Shown piece by piece: positions 22,001-27,029 of a DNA stretch of 64,000 bases (position 1 is its first letter; each line of letters opens with the position of its first letter). The stretch is taken from positions 1,075 through 65,074 of the forward strand of contig CAISTG010000007.1 in assembly GCA_903888345.1 (NCBI GenBank), read 5' to 3'. The translations under genes were made by a program, and so were the position numbers. Under the pieces are notes generated by a model. The model made no database searches and was not told the origin of the DNA. It was given only the letters and a program-made list of their open reading frames with translations. The DNA comes from Candidatus Buchananbacteria bacterium. Lineage in GTDB: Bacteria; Patescibacteriota; Patescibacteriia; 2-01-FULL-39-33.

Positions 22001-22258
22001 GCCGATGGTTCCGTTTGTGCTGGTGGCGGCGCTTGTTGGTTCAAATTAGTCGATCTTAATGGCAATGATGTGCATCGGGATACGCTTCGATATGGCGTAC
22101 CTTATAAACTACAATATACTGATGCGGAAATGGGCAATGGAACAGCAGGAGCAGTTTGGCGAACCGTTGGTTTGAATGGTGTCAGTCCAGCTGAGTGGCG
22201 CGCTAATGGTTCCGACGATATGATAATTATGCTATTTAATAATCAGGGCAACTTATAA
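10007..22258 (+). CDS. giant surface protein 2 (4083 aa): pilin-like N-terminal module, two LamG/concanavalin-like domains, EGF-like and Myxococcus-type cysteine-rich repeats
   Basis: 12.25 kb uninterrupted ORF. N-terminus ALLGVIALVILLYAGFIWMTSQGDPGKIEKAKNMIYGAVIGLIIIFSAYA. LamG_3-like signatures (FTWSVWFKPE...WHQVAVTFD...LYIDGEE...FDDILIYDRVLNLAEI and ISFWARP...WSQLVLTYN...LYVDGQL...LDELATYESVLTVSEI). CGDG-x-ECDDGN repeats near the C-terminus. Confidence 0.85.
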   Translation: MSKSIKNIIFLTVATLVLAIPFLALASSGVTAGTPTLAGLQSVFGAGNLTQIIARILQLFFALLGVIALVILLYAGFIWMTSQGDPGKIEKAKNMIYGAVIGLIIIFSAYAVASLIFNYFRPQTTTCTTPGEQQDCSVAYCNSTRTGYRECSAGKVWSSCHYDTSCGDDSIDFYSQAFANIFKFSDSASFPNWPGVAWDYSRNRSKLVALPRSATLQVEAYAHITGVNSKIDNLHLWETSSTERDLAAFTITGAGARGTYNFAWASTTWGTKDFAYDTTAIKVRINENNSLESKPVKVLFCADHYFDGLKNYDETGIDCGPGCLNCAGEACKKPGSDVCSADNCASGICNTDCRCASAPEITYVDPALDVNNDTNRLNLVASQIDDDISNGAVNNYVTIFGRNFGSATGTVKFSPLAGNLQVPAVVACAKSWSNNQIVVLIPSTLVPNESITTDSAIAAATPVRNYTINVQPAASTLFSNAWGFQVNKIERPGICQMTPGSGAYPTITTANGSNFPTTGVQSVIWSISGEFSTTSAAGRVTWYSAPFNVTSTAATNWTAASVKDVVPQNRLGRSGVRVYNGNVYSNYYVFQISDGKVGSPCGYDSQVCDQDLDTCGDSAVTGLQCQNCQRGDFSCDSSKNCTCQPLVAPTCTSDQACSSGGCSGTQQCLQGKLQPCVTVPGCVGFLGKSSTNSLFSWAFLANKQIGPGKQCLSELWNDETCSLSGCLDSNLACDTESSTDEFVELYNPTGVASDLSGLGVVYGESPVVTDGLLGYYQFNNSLKNSAPGSVDSLMVVNGGNLSNNIDCINLGCVNSRGARFMVAESKVNSSTLANFTWSVWFKPENLDNAAQFTDLLTKIGSNASQYIQLFWLNSTQELGFKWTNSFRLAKAGNARNKWHQVAVTFDDASNLATLYIDGEEIGKRTVAASISDNKYADLNIKLGSTSLTNQASFDDILIYDRVLNLAEIKNIYTYRGRSLSGNLAAGTVLSLRGTATTPLGLPKTSGFVSLVSSTGQVIDGFNYGLNSNQVVPGYYPGSVGRKNDGLDTDANSDFIYFSKNSEEALNTPKAVKTNTHLVINEFALTHNPCTCVQKAQMCSLGQVDNTACAPASQCQQVKRCQANGRFGSCELAKANCVPYLPTSSTIAVYAWSFNTNPAPPSKGPFIVSGCQGNGSCNDNNVLPSPTPWNVKWNQLAQPELKIDNASSCLNAVISARFSESMDANSLNTDNIKIFKATGANWEEVTGALVGSIDKLTTGEAGVNYFKITPRDRLAADSKYLVFVSKKVSDELGRNLIDNPSGVNSSYCTSTGSGLPTTPGVCWQFSTRSAGSSNLLCPVGCISVSPKNYFNRYYLQDKLHEATPISADNVCLALNKQDYAWNWSEYEQSGGATARQWTLQTVVENGFAQMKDYFTNVFSAGIFHQNAGQWYSGQATTTALRETNFRPYDINSWFSYEDIGYFRVTAKEVASEHFGSAPVHNDFTDPVVVENQYCSRSEDPAKQILQSPSPWKNQQDACINAVVFALFSRNMKNSSLVDATTGKPVNVEVYNCGNNAGKATSTDYNSGCTKVSDNNGWTASIFNYTQKNLTLQQLVAAQSTDNSTKLEGLRIFPKGNLEKNSWYRVVIKGGLNGVRGGTAGTEIAEGILQIPSKNALMKTGSDNSYYWYFKTGSGICPIDQVAVLPQFNYMDRVGLTQEYEADPIATNCNHLNPFNYSWNWQSLLNPFDDRCIDPATGNGVATICALTSVNCTNSDTKIRQPFVKAFGQTEGETNITARVETSTANETCVTDKWGYSQLQIGLGAFAVSSLNNSDCLNAELSLNFSTAASSTTLHPASASNTNGNILLYRCGTGVAGCDNLTTANLVDLTLKYPTNWPAPMKQIVFEPMTHLLANNTYRMVIKGGTNGVMSANNTQLEHLNYNIGGAAGGEACDRSTEPNNPLLASVCSDTCIFRPTANLCNTKYQECNNKQGLLAYYNFDNNYSNQVNIGIVSTSSTSFVAGKFNQALHFGAASHSYASLPSNWINANQGTISFWARPLDLVGTQGLLYTTNNTNKLVINAVNNTSTNSRNFTVFYGTDSRNVQLVSAVSNISNKWSQLVLTYNQNQLQLYVDGQLAATAANTTALSGGFGAIYLGKNNTGQFFDGDLDELATYESVLTVSEIKSLATRGYPESTAYRCNSLCQKMGIPTASNYPSGSCSNGKIDAGEQCDDGNSNNNDLCNNKCLWNGVSGGTCGNKVVDNGQFDSYYWDFKLSATAKVCNTLDWSGLNPCPNGIWSVGADQGVTGLALTAYRGSSAKENDLCIKDEELQKIGFWHRIINYIVKIAKSFLGLKVVSAAAYWCPINHLNFGTSELQAMARGNYSSSTQFADGATAELVAYTDDTNNFKINIIRSADWAASTEYKFIASYNKNGIIGTSTANITTFNNANSCQLKNIRFDVWPRGLAKTADAFNCASDPKTGKPDDCGRYSSDLYDDDMSAAWTKEYPANGYDLHSDANVGTATSYLPGNQHLYRLWALTSDKYVVRANFSALNLTNVSAESTSTLISGTGYTGDLWLTSGFKPGKSLLSATAIDQNGRGELGQADTALPIYTFFCNNPWPNAKNFPFIDSASNCSVGSGSCINSNFGTYYCRDTGVAKSCVQGNNIGKECTINADCWTNKALAIEGSCQLNTDDDLPSIGEYDALSGKITKGVAMGFSGETCQTLPSSFKLRLGYQSYVDNTNYVWDTNYTSIYRNSGNGWEKIDKGLWQLNGLSANFKPIFGYSVRVGSDPLVNHDYLWSGSEIYVYNGASWQSDASLKAKMQSIGFWPTGGYFWQGHNKVGLFDANGRIVNLDYDANGNFINVSADTTYTAVGFTARPKLFIDYHQGDRGPLMLDVNGNVWQVTSTANRFQQQTIMPAFTASFNPLWGGTNSDGSVFFGLDPKYFTLNYTGNNQWLAAVSATENYKTCDNKLKEFLFAGIKPEGGSDLVKAGDEYNSATNAATATFTKNTIDHSVYTLVNNTTTYDFALPEAGNYYVTLETANHNNANPRASAITVLPLGFNGAYGDCAQGSSLNGRDVYQKVRISIDGKNTSTLTLLATNPDNRQVNRLTAPIFVDAKGIHRVAIEWVNDCYCSTYFGDACQYGDLDSNLQIYSVRLTNANNLSTSDAIGMRVYNNNQHYSAALWYRTKFNPYTQGNLQAINVDGNKAVSEGRTVYVNAPDFGVIDPSGVGQSGTSIYSTIYLMSYNEGVSPTTLNIFKQLTNNWFFNAGGHSAGGLDEAEDVGVCSGGSSVSANTCVTDIDCMKRGAGYCDSTKAKATRDTVRLSDLQDMYLALGSYYNKTRCSNDLTRSCTNNANCFGGGVCGNFYPNLLSGTYISGKTYSVWPSWQQTLGKELGVTLPVDPLNLIYSNNSGTAVKCSDPYNPDTCWSEKDAKMDCRIHASSSFYTYYGTSFGSTNGGTVQPGTAVSIYAKGELFPYNSGNWRPDWNTVTNLRYNPFASYSSQISGQQFCERITNTCGNGRVDTGENCSNCPMDMGCEVGKACQNYSGNWTCGPLRLCGDGQRQVGEECDDHNTSNNDGCNSECLCENGYDCSGGVPVTKCGDGVITGSEQCEQTSNGPSCGNQTYQGQSCCNTETCRLNSWYRTNMSCGDGIKIDQEDCDCGTVGNSIFASRTADGSPPNPFACRVSNQDAAVVSSTVWNLTPLAYQYCLKDTCQGRTAEALYCGDGILTPANEACDKAVNGSKYCSDTCQCAAGATCDGTHTCGYKPGDGVCDSACGETHIANTCDDCAPCHNGEAYTGGTYNNDACCGADCNLVTGKIDPFDTPTFCGAGSSLTCNALCTATSYSTGCGQTHNNADCTPATPAWSCTQQVSTCVHYPDCTNAVTNSVFGPFCGDLTRNGSETTAIGTGYFCGQDLPPTNIQSGWDIHISQVTSPCTLAQTYTSFDDEKSGSRITAKGSTADLATNFRINFNTDPTSDFLFQLSPRRSDGNYYSPIVREGKNFWGTPVNEFTADGSVCAGGGACWFKLVDLNGNDVHRDTLRYGVPYKLQYTDAEMGNGTAGAVWRTVGLNGVSPAEWRANGSDDMIIMLFNNQGNL

Positions 22259-22276
22259 TAATAAATTTCTTATAAT

Positions 22277-23089
22277 ATGTTTGACGATCAAAATCAACCA
22301 CAATCTAATCCACAGGTACCAAGTAATTTGCCTTTCGGACAGCCGCAAAGTCCGTTTGTGTCGCCACCGCCAGTTATGCAACAGGCAATGCCACAAGCGC
22401 AGCCAATCGCTACTCAATCGCAGCCAACAAATTTCAGTCAGTCTATCGCACCAGTTGCTGATATGTTTGCGGAGACCGATCCTTTGGCTGGTGGACGAGC
22501 AAATCCTGCTGGTTATCCAGGTACGACTTATAATTCGCAAGCGGGAGTTCCTGGGTATCCACCAGCTGGTAGTGCGATGACCGACGATTTGTTTGGTCGT
22601 CGAAGTTTCCCCTGGGGAAAAGTTGTAACTATTATTATTATTGTATTGGTGGTTGTGGTCGGAATCGGTTCTATTTATTACGGTTATCAATACTTTTCGT
22701 CTGGCAACACTACCAAAGTTACTGGTACTCCAGTAACGACTACGCCGACTGTTCCGGCGGCAACAGCTAATACGTCAGCCGAGTTGGCACCATTAGCCAC
22801 TAGTACTGAGGTTACTCCGGCAGTGACCGAGGACAATAAAGATTCCGATGGTGATGGTTTAACTGATCAAGAAGAAAAAGTTCTAGGCACCAAGATTGAT
22901 GTTGCTGATACTGATGCTGATGGTTTGACTGACTGGGCCGAAGTTAAGATTTATAAAACCAATCCGTTAAATCCCGACACCGATGGTGACACTTATAAGG
23001 ATGGCCAAGAGGTAATCAATGGTTATGATCCATTATTGCCGGGCAGCGCTCGTTTGTATGAGGTGCCAAAGGCTACTAGTACTAATTAA
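22277..23089 (+). CDS. bitopic membrane protein: Pro/Gln-rich cytoplasmic N-terminus, one TM, Thr-rich stalk, TSP3-like Ca-binding repeats
   Basis: 270 aa. TM VVTIIIIVLVVVVGIGSIYYG. Repeats DSDGDGLTDQEE, DTDADGLTDWAE, NPLNPDTDGDTYKDGQEV. 18 nt after giant gene 2. Confidence 0.65.
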   Translation: MFDDQNQPQSNPQVPSNLPFGQPQSPFVSPPPVMQQAMPQAQPIATQSQPTNFSQSIAPVADMFAETDPLAGGRANPAGYPGTTYNSQAGVPGYPPAGSAMTDDLFGRRSFPWGKVVTIIIIVLVVVVGIGSIYYGYQYFSSGNTTKVTGTPVTTTPTVPAATANTSAELAPLATSTEVTPAVTEDNKDSDGDGLTDQEEKVLGTKIDVADTDADGLTDWAEVKIYKTNPLNPDTDGDTYKDGQEVINGYDPLLPGSARLYEVPKATSTN

Positions 23090-23241
23090 TTTTAGTACGC
23101 GTGTCATCCCCGCGAAGGCGAGAAGCTACCCCCTATTATTTTTCTAGATCCCCACTTCTGCCTACCGGTAGACACGTGGGTGGGAATGAAAAGGGTGTGG
23201 GGTAATAATGTTAAGAAATAAAATTTTAATTTAAAAAAAAT

Positions 23242-24459
23242 ATGTTCGGTTTCGGTAAGAAACAAACAACTGCTGTTGCAGACAAAGTCGATACAACGCC
23301 GCCACCAGTAACAGCGGATGTTTATGTTATGCCCGAAAAATATATCGTGCAGGGACCAACTGGTAACAATAAGGGCTTGATTATTGCTAGTATTATATTG
23401 TTGCTGGTTATAGTAGTTACGGGAAGTTATTTGATTTATGATATGGTCGGTCGACAACAAGCAACACCGACACCCCAAACAACGCCACCAGTAATTGAAG
23501 CAATCGAACAGCCAGTAGTTGAACCATTGGTTGCTACAACTTCCACTGAGGCGACAACGACTGAGATAACCGAAGAAACGGTGACGACCACGCCAACCAC
23601 TACACCAGCACAATCCGCCGTCATTATTAATAGCCAGGATTCAGATGCTGATGGTTTAACCGATGTGGAAGAAAACGTCTTTGGGTCTTTACCGACCAAT
23701 CCGGACACTGATGCTGATGGATATAAAGATGGCAATGAAGTTGCCAGTGGTTACAATCCGACCAAGGCGGGTACTTCTCGTATCAGTGATTCACCCTTTA
23801 TTGCGACACAAACAACTGATTTTGGGACAGATGATTTTTCGCTGCTGTATCCTAAGGATTGGCAAACCTCAATCATTAAGGCGAGTGAGCAATTATTACT
23901 GACTGCTCCGAGCGGTGAAATAATAAAAATTTCCGTTCGAGTTAACCAGCAGGCGCTATCGGCGCTATCTTGGTATTTACAAGATCATCCAGAGACTTCA
24001 GTCAGTCAGCTTAAGCTTGTAGACACGCTTGATGGTCAATTGACCGGTATCTATGCTCCTGATAGCTTAGCGGCCTATTTAACTGATGCTAGTAAATCTA
24101 AGTTTTATGTATTTGAATATTTAACTGGTCGACAAAGTGAGATTCGTTATCCGGCTATCTTTAATATGATTATTAAAAGCTTGAAGGTCTTACCAAAAGC
24201 AGCCACGACCGCCGTTGTTTCTTTTAATAATAACGCCAATCCCTTACTTAAGAGCCAATGTGTCAGCACTCGAACCTTCTGTCAGCTTAATCCTTGTGGT
24301 CCCTTGGCTGATGGCAGTAATAGCTGTACTGATGATAATCAGGGTTATTGTTACGAAAAAGAATGCGTAGTCGATGCTGATTGTATTAGCGGCAAGAAAT
24401 GTCAGCCGCTGGAGTGTTATAGTGGTGATGCTGCTCGCGGTGTTAAATTGTGTCAATAA
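23242..24459 (+). CDS. paralogue of the preceding gene with extra C-terminal Cys-rich domain
   Basis: 405 aa. TM LIIASIILLLVIVVTGSYLIY. Thr-rich stalk. DSDADGLTDVEE, NPDTDADGYKDGNEV. C-terminal CQLNPCGP...CTDDNQGYCYEKECVVDADCISGKKCQPLEC. Confidence 0.65.
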   Translation: MFGFGKKQTTAVADKVDTTPPPVTADVYVMPEKYIVQGPTGNNKGLIIASIILLLVIVVTGSYLIYDMVGRQQATPTPQTTPPVIEAIEQPVVEPLVATTSTEATTTEITEETVTTTPTTTPAQSAVIINSQDSDADGLTDVEENVFGSLPTNPDTDADGYKDGNEVASGYNPTKAGTSRISDSPFIATQTTDFGTDDFSLLYPKDWQTSIIKASEQLLLTAPSGEIIKISVRVNQQALSALSWYLQDHPETSVSQLKLVDTLDGQLTGIYAPDSLAAYLTDASKSKFYVFEYLTGRQSEIRYPAIFNMIIKSLKVLPKAATTAVVSFNNNANPLLKSQCVSTRTFCQLNPCGPLADGSNSCTDDNQGYCYEKECVVDADCISGKKCQPLECYSGDAARGVKLCQ

Positions 24460-24462
24460 CCT

Positions 24463-24909
24463 ATGATAAATTTTGAAATTACTAATCAAACTCGGAGCCA
24501 AATTAATTTAAAGTTAATAAAATCAATCATCAATAATTTTTCGGAAGTTGCTCAAATCAAGGAAGCAGTTAATTTATCGTTAGTCTTTGTTGATCGGCGT
24601 TTAATTAAAAAATGGAATTTGATTTATCGTGGGAAAGACAAGGCAACTGACGTCTTAAGTTTTGCTCAAAGTGACGGGGAGGCTATTCCCGGGGAGATTA
24701 ATGAACTCGGTGAAATATTAATTTGTTTGCCAGTAGCCAAGGATCAAGCCAAGGAATATGGTTGGAGCGTAGACCAAGAAGTGACTCGGTTACTGGTTCA
24801 TGGTTTAGCGCATTTAATTGGTTATGAACATGAAAATGTTTCGCAGCGAGAGGCAGCGAAGATGACTAAATTCGAAGCTAAGGCGTTGGAAAAATTTAAG
24901 ATTAAATAA
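24463..24909 (+). CDS. ybeY: rRNA maturation endoribonuclease YbeY
   Basis: 148 aa. Zinc-binding motif HGLAHLIGYEH. Starts 3 nt after the preceding gene. Confidence 0.85.
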   Translation: MINFEITNQTRSQINLKLIKSIINNFSEVAQIKEAVNLSLVFVDRRLIKKWNLIYRGKDKATDVLSFAQSDGEAIPGEINELGEILICLPVAKDQAKEYGWSVDQEVTRLLVHGLAHLIGYEHENVSQREAAKMTKFEAKALEKFKIK

Positions 24910-24965
24910 TAATTATTTTATTAATTTTTAGCCAAATTGAACACAAATTTTGTTCAGTTCGCTAA

Positions 24966-24994
24966 TTGCCAAGAAGATTTTAATTTGTTATAAT
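24966..24994 (+). promoter_or_regulatory. sigma70-like promoter upstream of ftsA (TTGCCA-17-TATAAT with TG-extended -10)
   Basis: ttgcca at 24966, 17-nt spacer, tgt-tataat at 24987..24994. Preceded by palindrome tgaaca-N7-tgttca. Confidence 0.4.
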
Positions 24995-25019
24995 TTACTA
25001 AGCTTTTAAAAAATATCTC

Positions 25020-26264
25020 ATGCTCAAGGATAATCTCATAACTGGACTCGATATCGGTTCAACCTCTATTCGTATGGTAGTGGGTGAAAAACCACGCCAC
25101 GAAGCAAAAATCCGCATAATTGGGGCGGTTGAGGGCCCGTCGAAAGGTATCTCTAAAGGCGTCGTAGTTGATATTGACGATGCTATTTCTGCTATTTCTG
25201 CTGTTTTAGAAAAAACCGAACGCATGATCGGGCAACCGGTCGGACATGCCTGGGTCGGAATTAATGGTGGTCATATCATTACTACGGAAAGTCGTGGTGT
25301 TGCCGCTGTTTCTAAGGTGAACGGAGAAATTCGTGAAGCTGATGTTGAGCGGGTTATTGATAATGCGCGCTCAGTTTCGGCACCGCCAAATTATGAAGTT
25401 TTGCATGTTATTCCTAAGAGTTTTGCCGTCGATTCCCAGACTGGCATTAAGGATCCGGTTGGTATGACTGGCATTCGCTTGGAGGTGGAAACGCAAATTA
25501 TTCAGGGCTTATCTGCTCAAATTAAAAATCTCACTAATTGTATCTATCGTACTGGCTTGGAAATTGATGATTTAGTGTTATCAATTTTGGCTGCCTCCGA
25601 AAGCGTCTTGACTAATCGTCAGAAGGAATTGGGAGTCGTGGTGATTAATCTTGGTGGCCGCACCACGTCTCTGGCCGTGTTTGAGGAAGGTGATTTATTG
25701 CATTCTGCGGTAATTCCGATTGGTTCCGATCACATTACTTCAGATATAAATTTGTTGTTTAGAATTTCTATTGATACAGCTGAAAAAATTAAGGTGCGTG
25801 AGGGTAGCTGTTTAGCCAAGGAATTTAAACGTCATGATGAAATGAAATTTGCTGCAGTTGGTGGTATCGAAGAGGGCTATTTCTCGAAGAAACAAGTGGC
25901 CGAGGTGATTGAAGCGCGAGTCGAAGAAATTTTTCAATATGTGGACAAAGAACTGAAGAAATTGGCACGTTCGGGTCGGTTACCGGCAGGCGCAGTGATT
26001 ACGGGTGGCGGCGCGAAGTTAGACGGAATTGTGGAAGTAGCTAAACGAGTTTTGCATTTGCCGGCCTCTATCGGTTATCCCCATGATTTAGTTTCCTCCT
26101 TAGATAAAGTTTCTGATCCGTCCTTTACGACTGCTGTGGGTTTAGTCTTGTGGGGCAATCAAATGGTCAACAAAAAAATGGATTTAGGTATGGGAGGTGG
26201 ATTTGGCAGTATGAACAAGGCCATGGAGGGAATTCAAAAATTATTAAAATCATTTTTACCTTAA
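25020..26264 (+). CDS. ftsA: cell division protein FtsA
   Basis: 414 aa. Actin-fold motifs GLDIGSTSIRMVVGE and VINLGGRTTSLAVFEEG. Position just upstream of ftsZ. Confidence 0.9.
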   Translation: MLKDNLITGLDIGSTSIRMVVGEKPRHEAKIRIIGAVEGPSKGISKGVVVDIDDAISAISAVLEKTERMIGQPVGHAWVGINGGHIITTESRGVAAVSKVNGEIREADVERVIDNARSVSAPPNYEVLHVIPKSFAVDSQTGIKDPVGMTGIRLEVETQIIQGLSAQIKNLTNCIYRTGLEIDDLVLSILAASESVLTNRQKELGVVVINLGGRTTSLAVFEEGDLLHSAVIPIGSDHITSDINLLFRISIDTAEKIKVREGSCLAKEFKRHDEMKFAAVGGIEEGYFSKKQVAEVIEARVEEIFQYVDKELKKLARSGRLPAGAVITGGGAKLDGIVEVAKRVLHLPASIGYPHDLVSSLDKVSDPSFTTAVGLVLWGNQMVNKKMDLGMGGGFGSMNKAMEGIQKLLKSFLP

Positions 26265-26291
26265 TTAATAAGTCACTGAATTGAAACAAAT

Positions 26292-26993
26292 ATGATTAAT
26301 CAAAAAAACAGCCTATTAATTGCTGGTTTGGGGGGAGCATTAGTGGCCATCGTCGTCATCGGCGGCGCTCTGTTCGTTTATTTTCAATTTTTTAAAGGAG
26401 CTGATTCTAGCGATGGTAACAATAAGAATTTAACTGCCGTTAGTAGTACCGCCGATTATCAGATTCCAATGGGTGTGAATGTTCCGAGTCAAGATACTGC
26501 CTCAACCCAAGATCCAACAGCTGGATGGTTGTCATTTAGTTTGCCTGATACAAGCACTAAGTTGTCGGCATCCTCAAGCGTAAGTTCGACTTTGTTTTCC
26601 TTTAAGTACCCGCAAGACCTGACCTTGAAACAAAATAAGACCAATATAACTTTATCTAGTGCCTCAATTACTTCAACGATGTTAACTGTCAATTGGGAAG
26701 TTACGCCGAAAAGTTTAACGTCGTATCTTAAGGATCTAGACAAGGTTAATGCTAAGGCTTGGGAGGGTCAACCGTCTGTTAGCATTGTCACCTCTACTGA
26801 TCAGGCAGCGATTGGTAATTTGCCAGCTATTGTACGTGAACAAAAGCTCTTGGCGGCTGATTTAAGTCAGTATGTTGTTTATTTTAAGAATTCTAGTACT
26901 GTTTACTCGATTAGTGTCATTGCTCCAGCTCTCAGTCAGGATTTACTAAGTTTGTTGGTGGTGTTTATTAACAATTTTAAGTTAGGCAATTAA
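26292..26993 (+). CDS. hypothetical bitopic protein (N-terminal TM, Ser/Thr-rich extracytoplasmic part) between ftsA and ftsZ
   Basis: 233 aa. TM LLIAGLGGALVAIVVIGGALFVYF. No recognisable family. Confidence 0.5.
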   Translation: MINQKNSLLIAGLGGALVAIVVIGGALFVYFQFFKGADSSDGNNKNLTAVSSTADYQIPMGVNVPSQDTASTQDPTAGWLSFSLPDTSTKLSASSSVSSTLFSFKYPQDLTLKQNKTNITLSSASITSTMLTVNWEVTPKSLTSYLKDLDKVNAKAWEGQPSVSIVTSTDQAAIGNLPAIVREQKLLAADLSQYVVYFKNSSTVYSISVIAPALSQDLLSLLVVFINNFKLGN

Positions 26994-27029
26994 GTTCAGA
27001 TCTTATTAAATAAACGTTTTTAACATACT

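Noticed and set aside
23090-23241. Possible degenerate copy of the GTCATTCC element in the spacer between the two TSP3-repeat genes
   Set aside because: Only gtgtcatccccgcg ... gggtgggaatga with several mismatches and no internal palindromes. It is too degenerate to call.
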